Of a stretch of DNA of 29,863 nucleotides, positions 17,997 through 26,767 are shown piece after piece. Made by a program: the position numbers and the translations under genes. Where the stretch lies: positions 1 through 29,863 of the IMG/VR virus record IMGVR_UViG_3300017778_002038. One strand, 5' to 3'. Every line of letters starts with the position of its first letter. Position 1 is the first letter of the stretch. The stretch is from a virus. Lineage: Duplodnaviria > Caudoviricetes. Below the pieces are notes generated by a model. It did no database searches and was not told the origin of the DNA. It was given only the letters and a program-made list of their open reading frames with translations.

Positions 17997-19190
17997 ATGG
18001 ACGACGATCTTTCTAAGATAGACCCTTTGTTTGCTGTACCTCCAGGTCAAACAGCGCCTGCTAGCGAAGAACAATCAGGCAATGCATTAGCAGACATTGA
18101 TCCTATTTTTGCAAACCCGATCGGTCCGTCCGCTGATGCAAGCAAGGGCTCGCCTCCGGCGCCTCCTCGTGACAATATGCCTGAAGTTGTAGGTGGCGCA
18201 GCAGGCACAGCAGTCGGCTTGTTTGCGCCTAAGTATGAAAACCCCAGACTTACATCTGCTAGAGCAGATTATGCAGGCTCTAGAGCTTCTGAAGGACAAC
18301 TACGAGGCGACCTTACACGTATGCAAGGCGATCGTCTTGATGCAGTAGACAATGCCAGATTTGCAATACAAGATGCAGATGCCGGCGTGAACATGGCAAG
18401 ACAAGAGCTGAATGCAGCTGAAGACGCGGCAAGACAACTTAATGCTTTGCCTGACGCACCTCAACCTCTTCCATCTGCAGATAATGTTGTGAAAGGCGCA
18501 TCTGATGTTGAAGGTTCACTAACACAAGGCGCGCTAAAACACTCTGAAAAGATGGGTGAAGTTAGAGAAGCCAACCAAGTCAGGAAAGGCATTGCGGGTT
18601 ACAAGCAAGGTCTGCCGACATCCGAACGTGTTCCTCTAACCGGTTATACACAGTCAAGCCGCTTGATCGTGCCGAATGAACTAGCCAATGCGCCTGTAAA
18701 ATCAGCTGCACAAATAGAAGCAGAAAACAGACTGAAAACCGCTAAAGATAATCATGCAGCTGCAGTTAAACAAGCTGCTGAAGCAAAAATGAAGCAAGAA
18801 TCAGCAGGCAAGCCTTCACGAACTGAGTCAAGTCTTTCTTCTGATGTTTCAAAGGCTTCAAGCACTACAGCAGGTAAGAAAGCAGCGCTGCAAGAACTGG
18901 AAAAAGCCAGAAGCTTCTTATCCAAGATCCCAGGGTTTAACACTCTTATGGGTGGATTATCAGGTGCCGAGCTTGTTCATGCTTACCGCCAAATTCGTGC
19001 AGGAAACACGTTGGATGGCGTAATGGCAGGTCTCAGTGGTGCAGGCGGCTTACTTGCCATGGCACCGCACCCTGTTGCAAAAGCGATCGGAACTGCTATG
19101 GCAGTGCCACCACTTGCATACCAAGCTTATCAGGCATACAAGGGTGACAATGCAGGTGTGCCGACACAGACAGACCCAATGGGCAACTAA
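17997..19190 (+). CDS. Putative internal virion protein (last gene of + strand arm)
   Basis: 397 aa, AGGTG SD, Ala-rich coiled coil and C-terminal Gly/Ala hydrophobic helices. Confidence 0.65.
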   Translation: MDDDLSKIDPLFAVPPGQTAPASEEQSGNALADIDPIFANPIGPSADASKGSPPAPPRDNMPEVVGGAAGTAVGLFAPKYENPRLTSARADYAGSRASEGQLRGDLTRMQGDRLDAVDNARFAIQDADAGVNMARQELNAAEDAARQLNALPDAPQPLPSADNVVKGASDVEGSLTQGALKHSEKMGEVREANQVRKGIAGYKQGLPTSERVPLTGYTQSSRLIVPNELANAPVKSAAQIEAENRLKTAKDNHAAAVKQAAEAKMKQESAGKPSRTESSLSSDVSKASSTTAGKKAALQELEKARSFLSKIPGFNTLMGGLSGAELVHAYRQIRAGNTLDGVMAGLSGAGGLLAMAPHPVAKAIGTAMAVPPLAYQAYQAYKGDNAGVPTQTDPMGN

Positions 19191-19480
19191 GCATGCTCAA
19201 TTGCAGCCTTAACATTTCGAATCATTGAATTCTGAAGTTGTTTAACTTCTTCAACTGTTAAAGTTGTTACACCATCGTGCTCTTCAGTTGATGCTTCTGT
19301 AATCTTAGTGTCAATTGCTCGACGTAACCGTTCACGCATCAGAATCTCGCCTACTGAGAACGCTTCAACCCAGATGTTATACGGGTCTTTAAGCAAATCT
19401 CTGCTTGACGTGTGTTCCAACAGCTTAATCCAGTCATCAAATGCTTGCTTGACATGAAAGTCGGTTGATGTAATGATCAT
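19187..19480 (-). CDS. Hypothetical protein
   Basis: 97 aa; ATGA overlap with the upstream gene; its stop overlaps the stop of the + strand gene. Confidence 0.65.
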   Translation of the reverse strand: MIITSTDFHVKQAFDDWIKLLEHTSSRDLLKDPYNIWVEAFSVGEILMRERLRRAIDTKITEASTEEHDGVTTLTVEEVKQLQNSMIRNVKAAIEHA

Positions 19481-20157
19481 AGTTCTTTTCCTTTAGTGTT
19501 AAGCCACATTCTTAAAGTCGACATACCGCCGTCAATTAGAACATGATTAGAAAACCGCTGATACTTGTGATACAGCGGATGGTTGATGAAGTTCTTCATA
19601 AGTAAGTATGCATCAGCATCAGGAGGATTCATACCCATAGCTCGATCAGTATCAATGCACTTAATGCTGTAAATGTCTTTAAACTCTTGACTGATTTTAT
19701 GCACTTGATCGTTTAGCAAACCAACAATGACAATCCTAGGCTTAGGCGTGTTTGTGGCGTCGTAAGTTGGGTCGTGCTTTTCAAGTCTGAACTCATGTTC
19801 CAACGTTTTAACAGCCGATCTAACTCGTGCCTTCACTATACCTGCAATTCGTTCAACAATTGCTTCAACTAGGCCGTCCAAACTGACTTCTGTCGGAGCC
19901 GATGAAGGCTCTACCATAGGAGTTGGCTCAGTTGGTGCCGCAGGCTTAAGATCGTTGGCAAATCTGTTCCTTAGCTTTTCAGTTAAGTTAGTGCATGATG
20001 AATGTGAACCAAATGCACGATGCCGATGTGATGGAATAACTAATTGTGCTTTCTTTAGAGCCTCATAAGCAGTGTACCAATTGAAGTGCATTAAGCGAAG
20101 AGCTTCAGTAAGAACAAGTTCTTCTTCAGCGCTTGTCCAACGAATTTTTGTTTTCAT
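19477..20157 (-). CDS. Hypothetical protein with N-terminal Myb/SANT-like helix motif and C-terminal alpha/beta domain
   Basis: Start reassigned to ATG 20157 (AAAGG SD upstream). KIRWTSAEEELVL resembles WTxEEDxxL; Pro-rich linker; RIVIVGLL...D(A)YLLM Rossmann-like C-terminal domain. Confidence 0.65.
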   Translation of the reverse strand: MKTKIRWTSAEEELVLTEALRLMHFNWYTAYEALKKAQLVIPSHRHRAFGSHSSCTNLTEKLRNRFANDLKPAAPTEPTPMVEPSSAPTEVSLDGLVEAIVERIAGIVKARVRSAVKTLEHEFRLEKHDPTYDATNTPKPRIVIVGLLNDQVHKISQEFKDIYSIKCIDTDRAMGMNPPDADAYLLMKNFINHPLYHKYQRFSNHVLIDGGMSTLRMWLNTKGKEL

Positions 20158-20416
20158 GTTTAACCTTTTTGCAGTATTTGAATTTAGTGACGAAGTAACG
20201 ATAGTGCCTGACACTTCTATTGAGTGCTTGCTTCTTTAGCTCAAATTCATTGCATACATCAACTTGACGATCAAGGTAGACGACAACCTGACTTAATGCT
20301 TTCACTGTGTGACTTTTCCAATTTGGATGGTCGGTGACAAAGTGCTTAAAGATTTGCTTACGCTTTGTTAGCGTCATTTTTGCTAGAGAACTCTGAATTT
20401 CAAACCAGTTGTTCAT
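20126..20416 (-). CDS. Hypothetical basic protein
   Basis: 96 aa, ATGA overlap with the stop of the ThyX-like gene. Confidence 0.6.
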   Translation of the reverse strand: MNNWFEIQSSLAKMTLTKRKQIFKHFVTDHPNWKSHTVKALSQVVVYLDRQVDVCNEFELKKQALNRSVRHYRYFVTKFKYCKKVKHENKNSLDKR

Positions 20417-21339
20417 ACGTGGTGTGTCTTGGTGATTGCATCAATTTGGTTAAGCAAGTCTTCACGAATTTTCAGGTAGGTGTCACTGCCTGCATATTCA
20501 TCACGCCCTTGCGTGTGGTAGAACTGTTCTTCACACCAGTCAAAGTTGTCATTCTTAGTATTAGGCGGAAAGATGTTTGTCTTGCCTTTGGCAGATTGCC
20601 GTTGGTAGAAAACATCAGGTTTACGGAAGTCCACCAGCCCTTGTAGGAATGGATACACCTTTAGAACTTCTAGCCATAGCTTCATAGCTATGATGTTGTC
20701 TACCGTCGTTTGAATTTGTTCATCACCGCGCATAATGCAGTAACCAATGAGGTCTTTAATTGTGCAACGTACCATGTAAAAGTGCTCAAAATTTCGCGGC
20801 ATAATAGTTCTAGTGTCAAGCCCATGGACCAAACCGCTATCAAGCATGTCCACATACAGGTCACGAGCCATCGTCGTAATTTGCTTATAACGTTCATAGA
20901 AGTCCTTGTTTGCCATGATGCCGGGTTTAACCATTACACGATCATCACGCATATCGCGATCACCGTGAACCTGTGCTGCAAAACTAAATAGCCGATGACG
21001 TATCAGATGTGTTGTATCAATCATGTCCATGCCGTTGACCGACCATGTGATGTTGATTGTTTCCATAGCGGTAGGTAACAGCTCATAGCGGAACAGTTCA
21101 TCAATTGTTTGGTCAATGTCTGCCTTTGGAAAATCCCATTGGATCTTGTCATTCCATGTGTTCATTAAGAACACTGAAATTGTTTTACGAAACTGGTCAA
21201 CCGTAGGCGCATGGACGATCTGAACGTCTATGTTTTCCAGCTGGTTAACAAATTCGATAGGGCCAGGTTTCTTACCGAATTTAAGTGTTGTGTGCATCTT
21301 TTGTAGATGCGGCATTTGTGCTTTATTGACTTTAGACAT
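20413..21339 (-). CDS. thyX: Divergent ThyX-family (flavin-dependent thymidylate synthase-like) protein
   Basis: TAMETINITWSV, HLIRHRLFSF (RHR FAD-binding motif), D.R.IMP, and MRGDEQIQ (equivalent to LR...AQ); the canonical RHRx7S serine is absent. Confidence 0.75.
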   Translation of the reverse strand: MSKVNKAQMPHLQKMHTTLKFGKKPGPIEFVNQLENIDVQIVHAPTVDQFRKTISVFLMNTWNDKIQWDFPKADIDQTIDELFRYELLPTAMETINITWSVNGMDMIDTTHLIRHRLFSFAAQVHGDRDMRDDRVMVKPGIMANKDFYERYKQITTMARDLYVDMLDSGLVHGLDTRTIMPRNFEHFYMVRCTIKDLIGYCIMRGDEQIQTTVDNIIAMKLWLEVLKVYPFLQGLVDFRKPDVFYQRQSAKGKTNIFPPNTKNDNFDWCEEQFYHTQGRDEYAGSDTYLKIREDLLNQIDAITKTHHV

Positions 21340-21613
21340 TTGTGTTTTCTTTCATGAGTTGTAGTTCTACTAGTCTTGCATATCCTGCAATGTCTGTCCA
21401 GCTATCCACATGGGATGGCGATACAGCCAAGCGAGAAAGTTTCATGGCGATCTTAGAGAGATAAATAACATGGACAGGATCCATTTCTACATTGTGTTGC
21501 TTGCGATACCTGTCCTTTATATTTTCAAGGATAACTGCCTCTAATGAAACACCTTCAAAAAAATCACCGTAAACCTCGCCTCTCTGTTCTAAGACTTGAT
21601 CTGTCGTTTTCAT
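21332..21613 (-). CDS. DUF6378-like small helical protein
   Basis: L.QRG..YGDF N-terminus and K.SR......H.DSW.DIAGYA.L C-terminus, a recognisable phage family found near nucleotide-metabolism genes. Confidence 0.7.
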   Translation of the reverse strand: MKTTDQVLEQRGEVYGDFFEGVSLEAVILENIKDRYRKQHNVEMDPVHVIYLSKIAMKLSRLAVSPSHVDSWTDIAGYARLVELQLMKENTNV

Positions 21614-22122
21614 GGCAGCACCTCGTAAGGTTGAAGTTTTTCCTCAAGTTTAGCTAACCGTTTTGCGCTATTTTCGTGGACGTCTACCATGTAGCCGCCA
21701 TTGCCTAAGCCTATCTCGTTAGCCGAATACTGAAGGCACTGAAGTGCATCGGCATAATGGACGACCAATGCTTCAGTCGTATCACCGTGGTATAGGCCAC
21801 AATAGTCTCTAACTTGTTCTGGAAAGCCTTTCACAATTTCATGTTCAGCTTTCTTAAGCGCATCAGCAACTATTGGAAAGTTCTTCTTGACCAAGTGGTT
21901 TACATCAGATATTTCCATTTCAGCCAAGTCATGGCATATGGCAATCTTGACTGCTTTGTCAACATCAAACTTGTACGTTTTTGATAGCATGAGAACGCCA
22001 AGAGCTACGAAGAAACTATGTGTTGCAACGCTTTCTTGGTGAACCACAGGCTTCATGCTGTAACGCTTGGTGTGTTCAAGCGTGTAGCTTTGCATAAAGA
22101 ATGAAAAGTCGCCTTTATTCAT
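21610..22122 (-). CDS. HD-domain phosphohydrolase (YfbR/DatZ-like 5'-deoxynucleotidase family)
   Basis: KRY...ESVATHS (first His), ICHDLAE...SDV (HD motif), VHYADAL (distal Asp). Confidence 0.85.
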   Translation of the reverse strand: MNKGDFSFFMQSYTLEHTKRYSMKPVVHQESVATHSFFVALGVLMLSKTYKFDVDKAVKIAICHDLAEMEISDVNHLVKKNFPIVADALKKAEHEIVKGFPEQVRDYCGLYHGDTTEALVVHYADALQCLQYSANEIGLGNGGYMVDVHENSAKRLAKLEEKLQPYEVLP

Positions 22123-22576
22123 AGCTGATGTTTTCTTCAGACCAGTTACGGCGAACGAAGACCTCTTCTATCTTTATCTCATCTAAAGCCCTAACCAGCT
22201 CTGGGTATGAGCGCACAACTGAACCTGATGCTGCCAACACCAAGTTAAATTTCTGACCAGGCTGTCCACCAAGCCAGACATAAATGATAGGAATGAGTTT
22301 TGCATAACACCAGCCTGCTTCAAACATTGTGCCGGGGTCTTTACCATCCGTGATGCAAATGGTTAAGTCAGTTTTGTTTAGTGCTACCAAGTTAATGTCA
22401 AGCACTTGTTCTGGCGTTGTTTTGCTTGGCTCATACAGGCATTCATCCTTGGGGCTAAAGTACTTGAAGCTTTGCCTCTCTAAGATGCTTTTAATTTCTT
22501 CTACAATGGCAATTTGTTCTGGGTTAAAGAACGGGCCTGCAATGTAGACATACGGATGCTTTGTGATTGTTTCCAT
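22115..22576 (-). CDS. Nucleoside 2-deoxyribosyltransferase / nucleotide N-glycosidase family protein
   Basis: VYIAGPFFN, FSP, DPGTMFEAG (catalytic Glu) and FNLVL motifs; AAGGA SD upstream. Confidence 0.85.
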   Translation of the reverse strand: METITKHPYVYIAGPFFNPEQIAIVEEIKSILERQSFKYFSPKDECLYEPSKTTPEQVLDINLVALNKTDLTICITDGKDPGTMFEAGWCYAKLIPIIYVWLGGQPGQKFNLVLAASGSVVRSYPELVRALDEIKIEEVFVRRNWSEENISYE

Positions 22577-22592
22577 TTAGTTCCTTACAGTT

Positions 22593-22655
22593 AAGAATTT
22601 TTGTTTGTTTACTTAGTAAACATTTGCATTGTACCATGCTTTAGAAAAGTAAACA
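22593..22655 (-). promoter_or_regulatory. Conserved promoter/operator element, copy 1
   Basis: Extended -10 TGGTACAAT on the - strand (22636-22628), palindrome TGTTTACT-T-AGTAAACA at 22606-22622, extra AGTAAACA half-site at 22648-22655; near-duplicate at 28871-28934. Confidence 0.75.
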
Positions 22656-22664
22656 CTTTTTTCG

Positions 22665-24053
22665 CTAAACTACCTCCGTTTCTCTGATCTTTTTTGCATA
22701 GTCCCTCACGGCATTCATAAGGGCTTGTTGGGTTTTATCTTTGCTACTAATGGCAGTCACAATGGCTTCATCAATAGTGTCTTTGGCAATGATCTGATGA
22801 ACCACAATGTTATTCCTTTGGCCTTGACGCCAAACACGACGGATAAACTGATCATAGATTTCCAATGACCATGTATTGCTAAACCAAATGACCGCATGCC
22901 CTGTTCCTTGCAAGTTCAAGCCGTGGCCTGCCGATTGTGGGTGTGCCAGCAATACAGGATAGTCGCCGTTGTTCCATCGGTCAATAATGCCAGTCAGGTC
23001 TTTGTCTTTAACGCCTGAGCCGATGAACGGGGCATTAGGGAATAGCTTTTGTAGCCGCAATAAATCATGCCTGAAATGATAGCCAATTAAGCAAGGCTTG
23101 CCGTTCAAACCTTCAACCAGCTCTTCAACAGCATTTAGCTTTTCATCATGGACATTCTTAATTTCACGTTCCAGACCGTCCATGTAAATTGCACCATTTG
23201 CCAACTGTTGGCACTTACCTACTGCAACAGCAGCTGTAGAAGCAGTAACTTGATCACTGTCAAACTCAATAAGCAACTTATCTTCTAGTTCCTTGTAAAG
23301 CTTCCTAGCCGCTTTAGGTAGTTCCACATAGACACGATTAAGCATCAATTCTGGTAGGTCTAGATAGTCTTCTGCTTTCATACGAAGGACTTTGTCAGCC
23401 AACAACCCATGGATCTTGTCCTCTGACTCAGGCTTTAACGTCCATGTGTAACCACCGTAGCCAGTTTGGTAGAAGTAGTTTGTACGAAAATGCGTGATGA
23501 ACCTGCCAAATGTTGCACCTCGGTCAATCACAAGCTGTGGCCCAAAGATGTCGAGCAAGCCGTTAGATGCAGGTGAACCAGTTAACCCAAACCTACGCTT
23601 AAACTTATCAAGAAACGGTGAAAGTGACTTGAATCGTTCGGTTCGTGTGTTCTTAAGATAGCTGATCTCGTCTACAACCAGCATGTCATACGGAAACTTT
23701 TTGCCGTTTAGTATTTTTGACAGCCATTGCAAGCCTTCGAAGTTTATGACATGAATGTCAGCCTTGTCAAACAACATTTTGTCTTTGTTAGGGCCATGCA
23801 ATACAGATACAGACAAGTCGGCAAAGTTATCCCACTTGTTAATCTCTACTGGCCAAACAGCATAGGCAGGTCTAAGTGGCGCAAGTACTAGAACTTTTGT
23901 AACTGCTTTAGCCGCCTTCAGCACTTTAATTGCTTGCAAAGTAATACTGGTCTTGCCAAGCCCTGGGTCTAGCCATAGCTGGCCTGATCCGTTCTCCACT
24001 AAAAACTTTACAGCTTTCTTTTGGTACTCATGAGGTTCCCAGAACACGATCAA
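22665..24053 (-). CDS. SNF2-family (SF2) helicase
   Basis: PHEYQ Q-motif, DPGLGKT Walker A, VVDEIS Walker B, LTGSP motif III, SAGHGLNLQ motif V, Q...RVWRQGQ motif VI. Confidence 0.92.
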   Translation of the reverse strand: MIVFWEPHEYQKKAVKFLVENGSGQLWLDPGLGKTSITLQAIKVLKAAKAVTKVLVLAPLRPAYAVWPVEINKWDNFADLSVSVLHGPNKDKMLFDKADIHVINFEGLQWLSKILNGKKFPYDMLVVDEISYLKNTRTERFKSLSPFLDKFKRRFGLTGSPASNGLLDIFGPQLVIDRGATFGRFITHFRTNYFYQTGYGGYTWTLKPESEDKIHGLLADKVLRMKAEDYLDLPELMLNRVYVELPKAARKLYKELEDKLLIEFDSDQVTASTAAVAVGKCQQLANGAIYMDGLEREIKNVHDEKLNAVEELVEGLNGKPCLIGYHFRHDLLRLQKLFPNAPFIGSGVKDKDLTGIIDRWNNGDYPVLLAHPQSAGHGLNLQGTGHAVIWFSNTWSLEIYDQFIRRVWRQGQRNNIVVHQIIAKDTIDEAIVTAISSKDKTQQALMNAVRDYAKKIRETEVV

Positions 24054-24321
24054 TCCCTTCTTTTGAATCTAGAACATAAACCTTGTGCCCAATCTTGCCT
24101 AAGTCGGCATGAAGCTTAGCCTGTAGTGCTGACAATTTACCGCCTGGTCGTTTTAGTTCTACCCATATCACTTCACCATTTTCTATTGCCACAATGCGAT
24201 CAGGCCAGCCTCTTGCAAACCGAACATGAAGTTTAAGTGTTAACAAACCATGCTTTTTGCACTGGGCTGTGAAATACCTTTCAAGATCACGTTCAAGAAC
24301 GACCCTTATTACCATTTGCAA
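24028..24321 (-). CDS. VRR-NUC domain nuclease
   Basis: LERDLE, GWPDRI, WVELKRPGGKLSALQ signature; the true start may be slightly downstream of 24321. Confidence 0.88.
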   Translation of the reverse strand: MQMVIRVVLERDLERYFTAQCKKHGLLTLKLHVRFARGWPDRIVAIENGEVIWVELKRPGGKLSALQAKLHADLGKIGHKVYVLDSKEGIDRVLGTS

Positions 24322-24950
24322 GGACCGCCATTGTCTTTACGGTAATGACAAAACTTACACAAGCCTGACGGATTAGCAGCATAGATGCTGTCTGACTGAA
24401 GCTGTTTGATCCGTGTTACTAGGCTTGTTTGCAGATCAGCAAGATGGCCACGAATAATTGTGTTGTATGACCTGTACTTTTTAAGGTCAACAAATTCAAT
24501 GCCAATGTTAACAGCATCTATGTGTGGTTTAGTTGCTAAGATAACAGCTGCATACACAGCCACTTGGTCAGTGTAATCTCTGTCTTTGCCTGTCTTAAAG
24601 TCTAGAACCGTAGCTTCATTGTCTTGTTCCATGTACAAGTCAATTACGCCGCGAAACCATGCTATTGGATCGTCATATTCCACAGCTTTCCAGTCTTTGT
24701 CAACCGCAAACTTCATTTCAGACTGTGCCTTTAGTCCGATCCAAGTCGCAATCTTAGGCAACAAGTGTTGGACTTCATCTGAAATGATAGTAAGACCACC
24801 GTTCAGAATGTTTTCAATCTCTGAATGGATCATTGTGCCTCTACTAGCAGCAGCACCGGTAGGTTGAGGAAGTCTGTCTATACGATTGAACTTGTACTGA
24901 GCAGGGCACTGCTCGTATTGCTTGACTGCAGAATAGGAATAAGCCATCAT
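24309..24950 (-). CDS. PD-(D/E)XK exonuclease (RecB/Cas4-like)
   Basis: SYS....YEQCP, RGT.IH, GVIDL, LDFKTGK, QVAVYA and C-terminal CxxC...C (four Cys, Fe-S/Zn type). Confidence 0.88.
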   Translation of the reverse strand: MMAYSYSAVKQYEQCPAQYKFNRIDRLPQPTGAAASRGTMIHSEIENILNGGLTIISDEVQHLLPKIATWIGLKAQSEMKFAVDKDWKAVEYDDPIAWFRGVIDLYMEQDNEATVLDFKTGKDRDYTDQVAVYAAVILATKPHIDAVNIGIEFVDLKKYRSYNTIIRGHLADLQTSLVTRIKQLQSDSIYAANPSGLCKFCHYRKDNGGPCKW

Positions 24951-26767
24951 TTAACCTCAGCAAAATTAGCACCGATCTTGGCATCGGCAATCAGTGGCAC
25001 ATCAAGCTTAAATGAGTTAATCATGCAAGTGGCTAGTTTGTCGGCTTCACGTTGTACAACATCAACCCTGGCTGAGATAATCAATTCATCATGCAAGGAT
25101 AACAGCAATCGGCTATCTTTGGCAACCCGCCAATAGTCGATCATTGCCTGTTTTGTCATGTCTGCACCACTGCCTTGAATCAGCGTGTTTAATGACTTAA
25201 AGCCAAAGTTCATAAGCTTACCGTTGATGATCTTAGGCGGTTCACCTTTAACCAGCCTGCCACCAATGGTCGAGAACGGGGCTCGGATCTTGTATCTGGA
25301 CATCAAATCGTTGTTCACTTTGTCCAACCCAGGGGCTACCTCAGACTTATAAAGATCTATCAACTGACGGGCTTCTGAATAAGGTATGCCTAACATTTCA
25401 CATATCTTCTTAGGGCCTGCACCGTACAAGATGCCAAAGGACATTGTTTTAGCATAGTCCCTGATGACTGTCTTGCCAGACTTTTCACTCATTAAGTTGG
25501 CTGCAAAAGCATGAAGGTCTGCATTGGGGTCTTGCCTGTACTGTTCAGCCAGCTTACCGTCCTCGAAGTGTGCAAACAGTCGTAGCTCTTGTGCTTGAAA
25601 GTCAGCAGCTGCCATCATATGCCCTTCATCAGGTAGTATGAACTGTCTGACTTTAGGTATTATGAGACCTTGTAACTCTGTAGGCAGTGAGGTCTTTGGC
25701 CCACGTGTAGGCATGGTCTGAAGTGTAGGCTTTGCCGATAGCCGACCGGTTCTTGTACCACCAATCTCGCCTCTTACCGTGTTCCATTCAGTAAAGATCC
25801 TGCCTGTCGTGGCTGATTGTTCTAACCACGGTTCAAGGTACGTACCTGTTAGCTTTGTCAACACATCTCGATGCCGTAATACTGATGATAGTTCATCATC
25901 GGTCAGCATGTCTTTTAGTGTTTCTTTGTCGGACAGTGGCGTACCTTTGTCGCTGGTTGGCCACTTCTTTGTCTTGTCATAAACGCCTTTAGACATTACA
26001 ACGTTTACTAATTGCACACCAGAATTAAAGTTAATGTCTTCAGTGTTGAAGTATTTGTACAACCACACTTCACACATTTCAATGTCAGACTTAGCTTTTT
26101 CCAAACAAGCCTTCATGCCTTCCGTGTCAACACGTATTCCAAGCTTACTGTTCTCAAGAAGCACTGGCATAAGCTGTATTTCACGAAGGTAGGCAACTGG
26201 CATTGTCCTGCGTACTTCTTCAGTAAAGTCAAACAGTTCAGCCGTTAGTCTAACGTCAGCACAAGCGTACTTTCCCACAAGATTAGCCGGTCCACGTGCA
26301 ATATAAGCACCTGCAGTCTTAGGTTTCTTTCTGACTTCAGGTATATGCATTTCAAGCCAAATGAATAGCTCATCACGTTCCTCCGGCTTAATGCCTAACC
26401 ATTCTTTGCATAGCTCTTTTAGTGACAAACTACGAACATAAGGGTCAAACAGGAAAGCAAGTACAAGTGTGTCATGTAAATGTTCGGCAGGTGGCAATGG
26501 TATGTCAAACTTTTCATAGATCACCGACAAGTCGAACATTGCATTGTGGAAACACATATGACGGCCTGATTCGAAGATCTTAATGAGTAATTCACGGACC
26601 GTATTAAAGTCCGTATTGTTGTTTGAGTCATGCGCAAATGACCAATATGTAGACTCAAACTGCCCAGTCCTATCAAGAACCGCCAAGCCGACAGGGGCAG
26701 GAGGGTAATGATGAGGACGTGGGCCGATTGCTTCCGTCTCAAAGTCGAGGAAGATTGGATCAGACAT
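24947..26767 (-). CDS. polA: Family A DNA polymerase with 3'-5' exonuclease
   Basis: Exo I DFET, Exo II HNAMFD, Exo III YACAD; TRTGRLS, motif A DFQAQELR, motif B RDYAKTMSFGILYG, NTLIQGSGAD, motif C LHDE. Confidence 0.95.
   Translation of the reverse strand: MSDPIFLDFETEAIGPRPHHYPPAPVGLAVLDRTGQFESTYWSFAHDSNNNTDFNTVRELLIKIFESGRHMCFHNAMFDLSVIYEKFDIPLPPAEHLHDTLVLAFLFDPYVRSLSLKELCKEWLGIKPEERDELFIWLEMHIPEVRKKPKTAGAYIARGPANLVGKYACADVRLTAELFDFTEEVRRTMPVAYLREIQLMPVLLENSKLGIRVDTEGMKACLEKAKSDIEMCEVWLYKYFNTEDINFNSGVQLVNVVMSKGVYDKTKKWPTSDKGTPLSDKETLKDMLTDDELSSVLRHRDVLTKLTGTYLEPWLEQSATTGRIFTEWNTVRGEIGGTRTGRLSAKPTLQTMPTRGPKTSLPTELQGLIIPKVRQFILPDEGHMMAAADFQAQELRLFAHFEDGKLAEQYRQDPNADLHAFAANLMSEKSGKTVIRDYAKTMSFGILYGAGPKKICEMLGIPYSEARQLIDLYKSEVAPGLDKVNNDLMSRYKIRAPFSTIGGRLVKGEPPKIINGKLMNFGFKSLNTLIQGSGADMTKQAMIDYWRVAKDSRLLLSLHDELIISARVDVVQREADKLATCMINSFKLDVPLIADAKIGANFAEVK

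Noticed and set aside
24309-24950. Cas4 as part of a CRISPR-Cas system
   Set aside because: It sits in a standard PolA/VRR-NUC/SNF2 phage replication module; no cas1/cas2 or array.
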